Of a stretch of 64,000 nucleotides of DNA, positions 20,494-31,150 are shown piece after piece. The number at the start of each line of letters is the position of its first letter. The stretch's first letter is position 1. The notes under the pieces were generated by a model, which had not been told where the DNA came from, did not search any database, and was given only the letters and a program-made list of their open reading frames with translations. Source of the DNA: Bacteroidales bacterium (GTDB lineage: Bacteria; Bacteroidota; Bacteroidia; Bacteroidales; UBA3663); the NCBI GenBank assembly GCA_017561935.1, contig JAFZBE010000047.1, positions 19,680-83,679 of the forward strand. The letters are read 5' to 3'. A program made the position numbers and the translations under genes.

Positions 20494-22272
20494 GTGAAAC
20501 TGCTTATCAACGTAGCCCAACGACTATTCTCCCTCGTTTCGGCTTTGTGCATACTTGTTTCAGTAACATCTTGCGAAGACACACTCTCGGACGTTGGTGC
20601 CTCAACGATGCCAGAGAGTGATGAAATCAGAATTGAAGCCGACACGCTGCGATGCGCAGTCGCCACAGGGTATCGTGATTCCATTTATGTGCGTACAGGT
20701 TATCCCCTCCTTGGCAACATTACCGATCCGGAATATGGTAGTGTGAAGGCAGGCTATCTGGCTCAGTTCTATGCCAGCACAAACATCACATTGAACGAGT
20801 CGAGCAATGACTCTGTCACCTTCGACATTCTTCGTACATCGGTACCACATGACCTTGGTCTTGATCCCAAGGGCATCTATACTTCTCATTTCGACTCTTT
20901 GGTAGCCAACACGCTCGACTCCCTGACCTTGCGTGTCTATTACAACACTTATTATGGCGACTCGTTGACTCCTATGCAGTTCAGCGTCTATGCATTGAAC
21001 AGCGACGCAAAGCTGGAAAAAGAGCCCGAAAGTGCATTTTATAGTAACAACGATTTTGCCAAGTATTACGACACCAATGCCTTCCTGGGCAGGAAGGCTT
21101 ATACGGCAGCCAACCGCGTCTTGAGTGACTCAGTTCGTAGTCTCGACTCCTATCTCCCATACATCGAGGTGCGTTTGAATGATGACCTGAAGAACGAGTT
21201 CTTCCAGAAGATTGTTGCATCAGCCATTGCACGTGACGCAGCTGGCAAGGCCAACTACAACTACACCGATATTTTTGCCAATATCGAGTCGATGCGTGAA
21301 AACTTCCTATCGGGTGTAGCTATTCAACCCACTTTCGGAGATGGTTCGATTATCAAGGTCTATAATACTGCCATCTACTTCTACTATCACAGCTACCACA
21401 AGTATTCGAAGGATGGAACCCTCTTGCGCAACTCCACCGATACCGGTGACTCAGCCTACGTCACTTCCCATGTGCAGTATATGGCTGTCACACCCGACGT
21501 CGTTCAGATGTCGAGTCTTGAGTTGAAAGACATCAAGAAGGACTACCGATTAACGGACACCGAGCACGCTTACATCACTTCACCTCAGGGATATTACGCC
21601 ACCGTCGATTTGCCGATAGGTAAGGCCATTCGTACGATGATGGACCATCCTATGCGCCGCGACTATGCCTATTTCCTCAATGGTGCCAACTTCTCGCTGA
21701 TGTGCGAGAAGCCACAGGGGGCCCTGTTAAGTAACACACCGGCTTCAAGGGTGATGCTCATCGAGGAAAGCAAGATGAACAGGTTCTTTGAAGAAAGCCG
21801 TGTGCCCGACGAGGCTGCTGCTGCCATCGGCACCTTTGTGGCCGACTCGGTGAAAAACTTCATCTATTATTACAGTTTCGGAAATCTCAACGAACTTGTC
21901 ATTGGCTTGGCAGGCCAAACCAATCATGGCAGTTGGGATAAGGAGCAGGTGGCTACTTCGCTCCAATGGGCCAAGCAGATCAAGGCAGTAGAACCGACAA
22001 CGTTCCTGCCCGAACTCTCCCAATCGACATTGGATAGTTATTCCGACGAAGACTACAAAAACAACACCGACGGCATCCGTACCATTGTGCAGAGTGCACT
22101 GGATAGTTATACGGTCCACATGGCCGTCATTCCTGTTGATGTTTCGACCAGTTCATCGTCTGGCGCAGTCCTTTCTGTAAGCAACTACATTCTGCCTACT
22201 GCCATTAAGGTGAAACGCGACAGCAGCAAGCAATTCCTACAATACATCTATACGCAGGGCGGCTCGCTTTAA
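20494..22272 (+). CDS. lipoprotein, DUF4270-like (from memory of the conserved neighbour of the short glycogen synthase)
   Basis: A GTG start gives MKLLINVAQRLFSLVSALCILVSVTSCED (lipobox). The track ORF begins at TTG 20479. The family call rests on recollection of synteny only. Confidence 0.5.
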   Translation: MKLLINVAQRLFSLVSALCILVSVTSCEDTLSDVGASTMPESDEIRIEADTLRCAVATGYRDSIYVRTGYPLLGNITDPEYGSVKAGYLAQFYASTNITLNESSNDSVTFDILRTSVPHDLGLDPKGIYTSHFDSLVANTLDSLTLRVYYNTYYGDSLTPMQFSVYALNSDAKLEKEPESAFYSNNDFAKYYDTNAFLGRKAYTAANRVLSDSVRSLDSYLPYIEVRLNDDLKNEFFQKIVASAIARDAAGKANYNYTDIFANIESMRENFLSGVAIQPTFGDGSIIKVYNTAIYFYYHSYHKYSKDGTLLRNSTDTGDSAYVTSHVQYMAVTPDVVQMSSLELKDIKKDYRLTDTEHAYITSPQGYYATVDLPIGKAIRTMMDHPMRRDYAYFLNGANFSLMCEKPQGALLSNTPASRVMLIEESKMNRFFEESRVPDEAAAAIGTFVADSVKNFIYYYSFGNLNELVIGLAGQTNHGSWDKEQVATSLQWAKQIKAVEPTTFLPELSQSTLDSYSDEDYKNNTDGIRTIVQSALDSYTVHMAVIPVDVSTSSSSGAVLSVSNYILPTAIKVKRDSSKQFLQYIYTQGGSL

Positions 22273-22376
22273 TGCCCACCCGTTTTGCTTCTCTTATATA
22301 TTATTATATGTGTGTCCCGAAAAGGAATGCACTGCCTGTATTTATCAAAGGTTTTTAATATTTCAAGGTATTTGTT

Positions 22377-23882
22377 ATGAGTGATCGTCTTTACATCTTT
22401 GACACGACATTGCGTGACGGAGAACAAGTGCCTGGCTGCCAGTTAAACACCGTGGAGAAGATCCAGGTGGCCAAGGCCTTAGAACAACTCGGTGTCGATG
22501 TCATCGAAGCGGGCTTCCCTATTTCAAGCCCGGGTGACTTCAATTCCGTTGTCGAAATCTCCAAGGCTGTGACGTGGCCTACCATTTGTGCACTCACACG
22601 TGCTGTACAAAAGGACATTGACGTTGCTGCCGAAGCGTTGCAGTATGCCAAGCACAAGAGAATTCACACCGGCATAGGCACCTCTGATTCGCACATCAAG
22701 TATAAGTTCAACTCTACACGCGAAGAAATCATCGAGCGTGCGGTAGCAGCCATCAAGTATGCCCGCAACAAGGTGGATGAAATCGAATTCTACGCCGAAG
22801 ATGCAGGACGTACCGAGAATGAATATCTGGCCCGTGTCGTCGATGCAGCCATTAAGGCAGGTGCCACCATCATCAATATTCCTGATACCACGGGCTACTG
22901 CATGCCTTGGGAGTATGGTGAGAAGATCAAATACCTCATGGATCATGTTGAGGGTCTGCAAGATGGCCGAGCCATCCTTTCGACCCATTGTCACAATGAC
23001 CTGGGTATGGCTACCGCCAACACCATCTCGGGTGTTGTCAATGGGGCACGACAAGTGGAAGTCACTATCAATGGTATCGGTGAGCGTGCAGGCAATACTT
23101 CGCTCGAAGAGATTGCCATGATCATCAAGTGCCATCAGGCAACAATGCCCGTAACCACCAACATCAATACTACCAAGATCTGGCCCTCGTCACGACTGGT
23201 AAGTTCACTCATGAACATGCCCGTACAACCCAACAAGGCCGTGGTTGGCAAGAATGCTTTTGCACATTCAAGTGGTATTCATCAGGATGGTGTCCTGAAG
23301 AACGTCCAGACTTACGAAATCATGGATCCGAAGGATGTGGGCATCGACGAAAACTCCATCGTACTCACCGCTCGTTCGGGTCGCGCTGCGTTGAAGCATC
23401 GTCTGAGCATCCTTGGAGTAGAACTTGAACAAGAGAAACTTGATAAGACCTACGAGGCATTCTTGCGCTTGGCCGACAAGAAGAAGGAACTCAACGACGA
23501 CGATCTGTTGATGCTCGCTGGCACGGAAAAGGCCGAAAGCAATCACGTGCAGCTCGATTCATTGCAAGTGACCACTGGCAAGGGCGTAACGCCCATCGCA
23601 GCCATTCGTCTCAAGGTGGCCAACGAGATCTTCGAAGCTGCAAGCATCGGCAATGGCCCTGTGGATGCTTCGATCAAGGCACTCAAGCAAATCATCCGAC
23701 GCGAAATGACCCTGAAGGAGATGACCATCCAGGCCATTTCGAAGGGTTCGGACGACCTCTGCAAGGTACACATGCAGGTAGAGCACGCCGACCATATCTA
23801 TTACGGTTTTGGCTCCGACACCGACATCGTCACCGCCTCCGTCGAGGCATATATCGACTGCATCAACAAGTTCAAGCATTAA
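22377..23882 (+). CDS. leuA: 2-isopropylmalate synthase
   Basis: [26 protein letters not shown], and a C-terminal LeuA dimerisation/regulatory domain. Confidence 0.95.
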   Translation: MSDRLYIFDTTLRDGEQVPGCQLNTVEKIQVAKALEQLGVDVIEAGFPISSPGDFNSVVEISKAVTWPTICALTRAVQKDIDVAAEALQYAKHKRIHTGIGTSDSHIKYKFNSTREEIIERAVAAIKYARNKVDEIEFYAEDAGRTENEYLARVVDAAIKAGATIINIPDTTGYCMPWEYGEKIKYLMDHVEGLQDGRAILSTHCHNDLGMATANTISGVVNGARQVEVTINGIGERAGNTSLEEIAMIIKCHQATMPVTTNINTTKIWPSSRLVSSLMNMPVQPNKAVVGKNAFAHSSGIHQDGVLKNVQTYEIMDPKDVGIDENSIVLTARSGRAALKHRLSILGVELEQEKLDKTYEAFLRLADKKKELNDDDLLMLAGTEKAESNHVQLDSLQVTTGKGVTPIAAIRLKVANEIFEAASIGNGPVDASIKALKQIIRREMTLKEMTIQAISKGSDDLCKVHMQVEHADHIYYGFGSDTDIVTASVEAYIDCINKFKH

Positions 23883-23894
23883 TAACGTATCATA

Positions 23895-25286
23895 ATGGGA
23901 AAGACATTATTTGACAAAATCTGGGAAGCTCACGTCGTGCAGAAGGTCGAAGACGGCCCCACCCAGCTCTACATAGATCGTCTCTACGCTCACGAAGTGA
24001 CCTCGCCACAGGCATTCGATACATTGCGTGACAAAGGCATCAAGGTGTTCCGCCCTGACCACGTCATCGCCATGCCCGACCATAACACCCCAAGCGACCA
24101 GCAGGAAGTGATCAACGACCCCATTGGCCGCAATCAGGTCGAAACGCTTGCCAGAAACTGTGCAGAGTTCGGCATTAAACACTTCGCTATGGGCAGCAAG
24201 GATAATGGCATCATCCACGTCGTAGGTCCTGAGAAAGCACTCTCACTTCCTGGAATGACCATCGTCTGCGGCGACTCGCACACCTCCACCCACGGAGCCG
24301 TAGGTGCTATTGCCATGGGCATTGGAACTTCAGAAGTGGCCCAGGTGCTGGCATCGCAGTGCATCCTTCAGTCCAAGCCCAAGACCATGCGCATCAATAT
24401 CGAGGGACAGCTTCAACCAGGTGTTGTTGCCAAGGATGTCGCCCTTTATATCATGGCTCAGATGACCACTGCCGGTGCCACGGGTTATGCTGTGGAATAT
24501 GCTGGCTCGACGATTCGCAACATGTCGATGGAAGGCCGTCTGACGCTCTCGAACCTCTCCATCGAGATGGGTTCGCGTGCTGGCCTTATTGCTCCCGACG
24601 AGACAACGTTCGCCTACCTCAAGGGCCGCGAATACGCTCCCAAGGGCGAAGAATGGGACAAGGCCGTAGCCGAATGGCGTAAGCTCAAGGGTGACGATGA
24701 CGCTGTTTTCGACAAGGAGGTCACCTTCCGTGCCGAGGATATCAAGCCACGCATCACTTTCGGAACAAATCCCGGAGCAGGCATCGCCATCGACGAGTGC
24801 ATCCCTACGACCAATAGTATGAGCGAGTCGGAGAAGAAGCAGTTCCTCTCGCAGCTCGAGTACATGCAGTTCAAACCAGGTGAAAAACTTGAGGGACATC
24901 CTGTCGATTATTGTTTCTTGGGAGCTTGCACTAATGGTCGCATCGAGGACTTCCGAGCCTTTGCTTCCATTGTGAAAGGCAAGAAGAAGAATCCAAACGT
25001 CGTGGCATGGCTTGTGCCAGGTTCGTGGCTCGTACGTCAGCAGATTATTGATGAGGGCATCGACAAGGTGCTTGAAGAGGCTGGTTTTGAGCTGCGTCTC
25101 CCATCTTGCTCTGCTTGTCTCGCCATGAATCCCGACAAGGTGCCTGCTGGTAAGCTCGCCATCTCTACATCCAACCGTAACTTCGTCGGTCGTCAGGGCC
25201 CGGGTGCTCGCACCATCCTTGCTTCGCCACTCGTTGTAGCTGCTTCAGCCATCACCGGTGTTGTCACCGATCCCCGCAAGCTCTAA
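23895..25286 (+). CDS. leuC: 3-isopropylmalate dehydratase large subunit
   Basis: [12 protein letters not shown]..., [31 protein letters not shown]. Confidence 0.95.
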   Translation: MGKTLFDKIWEAHVVQKVEDGPTQLYIDRLYAHEVTSPQAFDTLRDKGIKVFRPDHVIAMPDHNTPSDQQEVINDPIGRNQVETLARNCAEFGIKHFAMGSKDNGIIHVVGPEKALSLPGMTIVCGDSHTSTHGAVGAIAMGIGTSEVAQVLASQCILQSKPKTMRINIEGQLQPGVVAKDVALYIMAQMTTAGATGYAVEYAGSTIRNMSMEGRLTLSNLSIEMGSRAGLIAPDETTFAYLKGREYAPKGEEWDKAVAEWRKLKGDDDAVFDKEVTFRAEDIKPRITFGTNPGAGIAIDECIPTTNSMSESEKKQFLSQLEYMQFKPGEKLEGHPVDYCFLGACTNGRIEDFRAFASIVKGKKKNPNVVAWLVPGSWLVRQQIIDEGIDKVLEEAGFELRLPSCSACLAMNPDKVPAGKLAISTSNRNFVGRQGPGARTILASPLVVAASAITGVVTDPRKL

Positions 25287-25306
25287 TCGTTAATCATTTG
25301 CAGACT

Positions 25307-25924
25307 ATGGCACATCAGAAATTCAGCTTAATCAAATCGACCTGCATCCCTATCCAGATAGACAACTGCAATACCGATCTCATCATCCCGGCACGTTACC
25401 TGGCCTCAACGTCGCGCGATCCCAAGTTCTTCGGCGATGCCTTCATGCATGACCTGCGTTACAACGCAAAGGGCGAGCTTGTAGCTGACTTCGTATTGAA
25501 CCGACCCGTTTTTAGCGAGGCTCCTCATGAGGGTTGCCACGAGATTATCGTGGGTGGTCAGAACTGGGGTTCAGGCTCCAGCCGCGAGCACGCAGCCTGG
25601 GCCATTTCAGGTTATGGCGTTCGCGTGGTAATCTCTAGCAGCTTTGCCGATATCCACCGCAACAACCTGCTCAACTGCTTCGTACTGCCCGTCATCGTCA
25701 GCGAGGCTTTCCAGCAGGAACTTTTTGCTTCGATAGCCAAGGATGCCGACACCGTGGTCACCGTGGATCTCCCGAACCAGACCGTCACCAACGAGGCAAC
25801 AGGTCATAGCGAGAAGTTTGACATCAACAGCTATAAGAAATACTGCTTGATGAACGGCTACGACGATATCGACTACCTCCTTTCGCAGACCGATAAGATT
25901 GAAGCTTTCGAAAACAAGAAGTAA
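25307..25924 (+). CDS. leuD: 3-isopropylmalate dehydratase small subunit
   Basis: NWGSGSSREHAAWA motif. Start placed at ATG 25307 (MAHQKF); the track ORF begins at TTG 25298. Confidence 0.9.
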   Translation: MAHQKFSLIKSTCIPIQIDNCNTDLIIPARYLASTSRDPKFFGDAFMHDLRYNAKGELVADFVLNRPVFSEAPHEGCHEIIVGGQNWGSGSSREHAAWAISGYGVRVVISSSFADIHRNNLLNCFVLPVIVSEAFQQELFASIAKDADTVVTVDLPNQTVTNEATGHSEKFDINSYKKYCLMNGYDDIDYLLSQTDKIEAFENKK

Positions 25925-27444
25925 TGAAACTCGAGATACTCGACACGACTCTACGCGATGGAGAACAGACCTCGGGGGTAGCATTCAGCGCTCCCGAGAA
26001 ACTTTCTATTGCCCGTAAACTGCTCGAAGAAGTCGGTGTTGACCGCGTCGAGATAGCCTCTGCACGCGTCAGTAACGGCGAATTTGCATGCGTCTGCAAG
26101 GTATGCACATGGGCTAAGGAGGCAGGATTCCTCGACAAAATCGAAGTACTGGGCTTCTGCGACAATGGCGCATCCATCGAGTGGATCCGCAATGCCGGCG
26201 GCAAGGTCATCAACCTGTTGGCCAAGGGTTCTGAGAAACACTGCATCGCCCAACTCAAGAAACAGCCCGAGGAACACTTTGCCGACGTGCTTCGCAACAT
26301 CGACATGGCGATTGCTGCCGGTCTGAAAGTCAACATCTACCTGGAGGACTGGTCGAACGGCATGATCCAGTCCCCACAATATGTGATGAACATGATGGAG
26401 GCTCTTCACGATGCACCCATCCAGCGATTCATGCTGCCCGACACGCTGGGTATCCTTTCACCACGACGAACGAAGATGTTCTTCGAGCAGATGGTGACCA
26501 AATATCCGCAACTGCATTTCGACTTCCATGCTCACAACGATTACGACCTGGCTGTAGCCAATGTGTTGGCTGCTGCCGAGGCTGGTGCACGTGGCGTGCA
26601 TGCCACGGTGAACGGACTGGGCGAAAGGGCGGGCAATGCCTCGCTTTCCAGTGTCGTGGCCGTTCTCAACGACATGATACCCGATGCAGAGCTGAGCATC
26701 ATCGAACAAAGCATCAACAGTCTGAGTCGCATGGTTGAAAGCTACAGTGGTTTAGCTACCGCCCCCAATGCTCCTATCGTGGGCGAAAATGTATTCACAC
26801 AGACGGCGGGCATACATGCCGACGGCGACAAGAAAGCGAAGCTCTACGTCAATCCACTGCTTCCCGAGCGCTTCGGACGAAGTCGCGAATATGCCCTCGG
26901 CAAGATGTCGGGCAAAGCCAACATCGAGCAAAACCTCAAGTTATTGGGCATCCATTTGAGTGACTATGACATGCGTCGCGTCACCGAACGCATCAACGAA
27001 ATGGGAGACAAGAAGGAACACGTCACCATCGACGATCTTCCTTACATCATTTCCGATGTCCTGCATCACGATGCTCATTCGGAACGCATCAAGCTCGTCT
27101 CCTACATGGTTTCGACAGCCTACGGTCTGCATCCTCAGGCTTGCGTGAAGCTCGACATCGACGGACAACAATACGAAGAATCCGCTACGGGCGATGGTCA
27201 ATACGACGCCTTTGTACGTGCCGTGCGCCACATCTACCGCAACAAGCTCAACCGCACATTCCCTTGGCTCACCAATTACGTGGTTACGATTCCTCCCGGA
27301 GGACGCACCGATGCGCTTGTTCAAACCGCTATTTCTTGGGAATACGAGGGGAAAGTCTATCGCACCCGTGGTCTTGATGCCGACCAAACTGAGGCTGCCA
27401 TCAAGGCGACCATCAAGATGCTCAATCTTCTCGAAGGCGAGTAG
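25924..27444 (+). CDS. cimA: (R)-citramalate synthase / second IPMS-family aldolase
   Basis: [33 protein letters not shown], and a LeuA_dimer-like C-terminus. Substrate assignment is inferred from the usual Bacteroidota leu-operon layout. Confidence 0.75.
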   Translation: MKLEILDTTLRDGEQTSGVAFSAPEKLSIARKLLEEVGVDRVEIASARVSNGEFACVCKVCTWAKEAGFLDKIEVLGFCDNGASIEWIRNAGGKVINLLAKGSEKHCIAQLKKQPEEHFADVLRNIDMAIAAGLKVNIYLEDWSNGMIQSPQYVMNMMEALHDAPIQRFMLPDTLGILSPRRTKMFFEQMVTKYPQLHFDFHAHNDYDLAVANVLAAAEAGARGVHATVNGLGERAGNASLSSVVAVLNDMIPDAELSIIEQSINSLSRMVESYSGLATAPNAPIVGENVFTQTAGIHADGDKKAKLYVNPLLPERFGRSREYALGKMSGKANIEQNLKLLGIHLSDYDMRRVTERINEMGDKKEHVTIDDLPYIISDVLHHDAHSERIKLVSYMVSTAYGLHPQACVKLDIDGQQYEESATGDGQYDAFVRAVRHIYRNKLNRTFPWLTNYVVTIPPGGRTDALVQTAISWEYEGKVYRTRGLDADQTEAAIKATIKMLNLLEGE

Positions 27445-27509
27445 GAGAGGATTCCTCCCTTATACTCCCTTTTTTGCTCATTTACTCCTCTTAATAGCCC
27501 TTATAAACA

Positions 27510-28589
27510 ATGAAACTCAAATTAGCTGTACTCCCGGGCGATGGTATCGGACCCGAGATCATGGAACAAGGCCTCGCCGTCACCGAGGCCATCTGCAAGA
27601 AGTTCGGTCATGAACTGAGTTACAAATATGCCATCTGTGGAGCAGATGCCATCGACAAGGTGGGCGATCCCTTCCCCGAAGAGACTTTCCAGACTTGTAT
27701 GGAGACTGATGCCGTGCTCTTCGCCAGTGTGGGTGATCCCAAGTATGACAACAATCCGAATTCGAAGGTTCGTCCCGAACAGGGTCTGCTCGCCATGCGC
27801 AAGAAGCTCGGTCTGTTTGCAAACATTCGTCCCGTGACTACCTTCGACTGCCTCGTACACAAGTCACCCTTGAAGGACGAGGTCGTAAAGGGCGCCGATT
27901 TCATCTGCATCCGCGAACTCACCGGCGGTATGTATTTCGGCCAGAAGAAGGAGCCTTCGATCAACGAGAACGGCGTAGAGGATGCCTTCGACACCAACTA
28001 CTACTCGCGTCCTGAAGTGGAGCGTATTCTGCACGTGGCTTATCAGTACGCCCGTCAGCGTCGCAACCATGTCACCGTAGTCGATAAGGCCAACGTGCTC
28101 GCTTCATCCCGTCTCTGGCGCAAGATTGCCCAAGAGGTGATGCTTCAGTATCCCGATGTTACCACCGACTTCATGTACGTTGACAATGCCTCGATGCGCA
28201 TGATTCAGGAGCCACGTTTCTTCGACGTCATGGTTACCGAGAACACTTTCGGCGACATCCTTACCGATGAAGGCAGCTGCATCACAGGCTCAATGGGTCT
28301 GCTTCCCTCTGCTTCTACCGGCGAACACACTCCAGTCTTCGAGCCTATCCATGGATCATGGCCACAGGGCAAGGGCCTCAACATCGCCAACCCATTGGCA
28401 CAGATCCTCTCCGCTGCCATGCTCTTCGAATACTTCGGTCTCAAGGAAGAAGGCGCGCTCATCCGCGAAGCTGTCGATGAGTCGCTCGCTCAGAACGTCC
28501 GCACTCCCGAAATCCAAGTCGAAGGTGGCGCTAAATACGGCACCAGGGAAGTCGGCCAGTGGATTGTTGACTATATCAACAAGAAATGA
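27510..28589 (+). CDS. leuB: 3-isopropylmalate dehydrogenase
   Basis: [26 protein letters not shown], 359 aa. Confidence 0.95.
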   Translation: MKLKLAVLPGDGIGPEIMEQGLAVTEAICKKFGHELSYKYAICGADAIDKVGDPFPEETFQTCMETDAVLFASVGDPKYDNNPNSKVRPEQGLLAMRKKLGLFANIRPVTTFDCLVHKSPLKDEVVKGADFICIRELTGGMYFGQKKEPSINENGVEDAFDTNYYSRPEVERILHVAYQYARQRRNHVTVVDKANVLASSRLWRKIAQEVMLQYPDVTTDFMYVDNASMRMIQEPRFFDVMVTENTFGDILTDEGSCITGSMGLLPSASTGEHTPVFEPIHGSWPQGKGLNIANPLAQILSAAMLFEYFGLKEEGALIREAVDESLAQNVRTPEIQVEGGAKYGTREVGQWIVDYINKK

Positions 28590-29332
28590 CAAACTACAAC
28601 CCTTTTACGCTCGAAGGAAAAACTATCCTGGTGACAGGAGCTTCGTCGGGCATCGGGCGGGCCACTGCTGTCGAGTGCGCCAAGCTCGGTTCCCGAGTGG
28701 TCATTTCTGGTCGTAACAAGGAGCGTCTTGCAGAGACATTCAGTCAGCTCGAAGGTGAAGGCCACTTACAGATTGTGGCAGACCTCAGCAAGCAGGAGGA
28801 TATTGATAACTTGGTAGCTCAAACGCCTGCGCTCAATGGCCTCGTCAATAATGCAGGGCAAAACAGTCTTGTCACCGTCAATTACATCGAACGGACTGAT
28901 CTCGACACCATCTATCAGACCAACGTCTTTGCTCCTATCCTATTGACCAAGGGACTGTTGAAAAAGAGAAAGATTCTTAAAGGTGGCTCCATCGTTTTCA
29001 CTTCCTCCATCGCTTCTTCACTTAGCACACCAGGAAGCTGCCTATATGCTTCAACAAAGGCATCCGTCAGTTCCTTTATGCGCTCTTGTGCCGTAGAACT
29101 CGGCGGTCGTGGAATACGTTCCAATGCAGTGCTGCCAGGCACTATTGAAACATCATTGGGAATTGGCAATGTCCCCGATGAACTTTTTGCCAAAGACAAG
29201 GACCTGTATGCATTGAAGAGATACGGTAAGCCCGAAGAGGTGGCCTATGCCATCATCTACCTCCTCTCCGATGCTGCCGCCTGGGTCACCGGCACTTCAC
29301 TTGTCATAGATGGAGGACGACTCCTGAAATAA
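28586..29332 (+). CDS. SDR-family oxidoreductase
   Basis: [26 protein letters not shown]. The start overlaps the leuB stop by 4 nt. Confidence 0.85.
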   Translation: MTNYNPFTLEGKTILVTGASSGIGRATAVECAKLGSRVVISGRNKERLAETFSQLEGEGHLQIVADLSKQEDIDNLVAQTPALNGLVNNAGQNSLVTVNYIERTDLDTIYQTNVFAPILLTKGLLKKRKILKGGSIVFTSSIASSLSTPGSCLYASTKASVSSFMRSCAVELGGRGIRSNAVLPGTIETSLGIGNVPDELFAKDKDLYALKRYGKPEEVAYAIIYLLSDAAAWVTGTSLVIDGGRLLK

Positions 29333-29375
29333 ACCAAGAACTTCAAGCGAAAAGACAACGAAATTGAGGCAAAAA

Positions 29376-29413
29376 GATAGCCGAGCACGTTATTTGTGCT
29401 CGGCTATCTTTTA
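29376..29413. terminator. bidirectional rho-independent terminator between convergent SDR and GH28 genes
   Basis: gatagccgagcac / gtgctcggctatc stem flanked by aaaaa and tttt. Confidence 0.75.
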
Positions 29414-29436
29414 TCTTGGGATTTTGTCAAAGCCAA

Positions 29437-30936
29437 CTATTTCTCCACAAATCCCGTAACGTCGGCGGTGATTACACGCTCGCCTTTCGAGTTCTGAATC
29501 TTGACGTTCTCGAAGGTGATGTCCTTGGCGTAGTGCATCTCGCAGCCCTTGTCGGCGACGAAAAGGGAGTTGCGCATCTGGAGGTTCTCAAGAGGCATCT
29601 CGGGCAGGCCGTTGAACCAGATGGCACGTTTGGCACCCTGGCAAATGACATTCGAGACGTAGAGGTTGCGGAAGCAGGGAGTCTCCTCGGTTACTGGTGG
29701 CACAGCATCTTCGGCCGAACTGTCCTTGTCAGCCTTGCCACCCACGGGCTTGTTGGAATAATAGAGGTCGAAGGTGAAGGCATCGCCCGAGATAGCTACC
29801 ATGTTGATTTGGTCGATGTAGATATTCTCGATCACGCCACCGCGACCACGTGTCGATTTCATGCGCAGACCTGTATCGGTGCCGTTGAAGAGGCAGTTGT
29901 GTACGTAAATGTTGTTGGCGCCCGAACTCATCTCCGAACCGATGACGAAACCTCCATGTCCATGCAGTACGGTGCATCCATCGATGATGACGTTCTGGCA
30001 GGGACGTTTCCAACTGCGTCCCTCAGCGTCCTTGCCCGACTTGATGCAGATGGCATCGTCGCCCACGTCGAACGTGGAGTTGAGGATCAATACGCGGTTG
30101 CACGATTCGAGGTCAAGGCCATCGCCATTCTGTGCGAACCAGGGATTTCGGATGGTGACATGGTCGATGATGAGGTCTTCGCACATCAGCGGATGTATGT
30201 TCCAAGCGGGAGAATTGGAGAAGGTGGCATCCTTGAGCAGGACACGATTGCAGCGAATGAATTCGAGCAGAACGGGACGCTGGGTGACGCGGCGCATATC
30301 AGGCTTATCAGCCTCGCCCTTCTCGGCATCCTCCTTGGCATTGGGATACCAAATATTGTTCATCTCAATACCGCTACCCGAAGTGAGCTCATTCCATTGG
30401 CTGGAGGTGAACTTGCCCTTCTTGCTGGGTCGCCATGCCTGACCTTGTCCGTCGAACGAGCCTGGTCCCGTGATAGCAATGTTGTTGACCTCATAGGCAT
30501 AGAGTGGCGCCATTTTCTTGGTCGCAGTATTGCCCTCATAAATGGTGGTTACATTGGGATATGCATCGAAGTCGGTGGTGAAAAGCACGAGAGCACCCTG
30601 CTCGACGTGCAGATCGACATTCGAAACAAACTGGATAGGTCCTGTAAGCCAAATGCCACTGGGGACGATGAGGTGTCCACCGCCTTTCTCGTCAAGAGCC
30701 TTCATGGCTGCAACAAAGGCTTCGGTGCATAGACTGCCTCCGTCGCCCTTGGCACCGAAGTCAGTGAGACGCACACTGTAGCCAGGTATATTGACTGTTG
30801 CCACATTGGGCATGTCAAATGGAGCCGCAGCATACCGGGGTTTAACATAAGGTGCAAGTGAGGAAGGTTCGCTTTGAGTTTGACAGGCTACCAGGCCCAC
30901 GGCCAGGAGCATCAGTAATGATAAATAACGATTCAT
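29437..30936 (-). CDS. glycoside hydrolase family 28 (polygalacturonase-like)
   Basis: NGDGLDLESC, GDDAICIKSGKD, HGHGGFVIGSE and RMKSTRGRGG are the four GH28 signature blocks. Start placed at MNRYLSLLMLLAVG, downstream of the -7 box. Confidence 0.85.
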   Translation of the reverse strand: MNRYLSLLMLLAVGLVACQTQSEPSSLAPYVKPRYAAAPFDMPNVATVNIPGYSVRLTDFGAKGDGGSLCTEAFVAAMKALDEKGGGHLIVPSGIWLTGPIQFVSNVDLHVEQGALVLFTTDFDAYPNVTTIYEGNTATKKMAPLYAYEVNNIAITGPGSFDGQGQAWRPSKKGKFTSSQWNELTSGSGIEMNNIWYPNAKEDAEKGEADKPDMRRVTQRPVLLEFIRCNRVLLKDATFSNSPAWNIHPLMCEDLIIDHVTIRNPWFAQNGDGLDLESCNRVLILNSTFDVGDDAICIKSGKDAEGRSWKRPCQNVIIDGCTVLHGHGGFVIGSEMSSGANNIYVHNCLFNGTDTGLRMKSTRGRGGVIENIYIDQINMVAISGDAFTFDLYYSNKPVGGKADKDSSAEDAVPPVTEETPCFRNLYVSNVICQGAKRAIWFNGLPEMPLENLQMRNSLFVADKGCEMHYAKDITFENVKIQNSKGERVITADVTGFVEK

Positions 30937-30967
30937 AATGTGTGAAAAAGAGTGTGTTAATTTGCTG

Positions 30968-30975
30968 CAAATATA
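30968..30975 (-). promoter_or_regulatory. -7 box (TATATTTG) for the GH28 gene
   Basis: The plus strand reads caaatata, 32 nt upstream of the ATG at 30936. Confidence 0.5.
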
Positions 30976-31069
30976 CAAATACATTTTGAAATATCCTAAT
31001 TTTCGGGACAAAAAAAGACAAAAAGACTAAAAAAACGACAAAATATTTTCAACTTTCACAGATTTTTTG

Positions 31070-31077
31070 TAACTTTG
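31070..31077 (+). promoter_or_regulatory. -7 box (TAACTTTG) for glyQS
   Basis: gtaactttgc is the same core that recurs five times, in the opposite orientation, at 60.9-61.4 kb. Confidence 0.5.
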
Positions 31078-31150
31078 CGCCGTTTTTGGTGATAATTGTG
31101 ATATACAACAATTGTTACTTGTTAATTGTTCATTATTAATTCAATAAAAT

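Noticed and set aside
22273-22376. Possible leucine leader-peptide attenuator or T-box upstream of leuA
   Set aside because: I found no run of Leu codons in a short ORF, no terminator/antiterminator pair and no T-box-like specifier structure in the ~100-nt leader.
29416-30732. 438-aa plus-strand ORF
   Set aside because: It is fully antisense to the GH28 gene, whose product carries all four GH28 signature blocks. The plus-strand product is low-complexity (V/G/D/L/A-rich). It is a typical shadow ORF.
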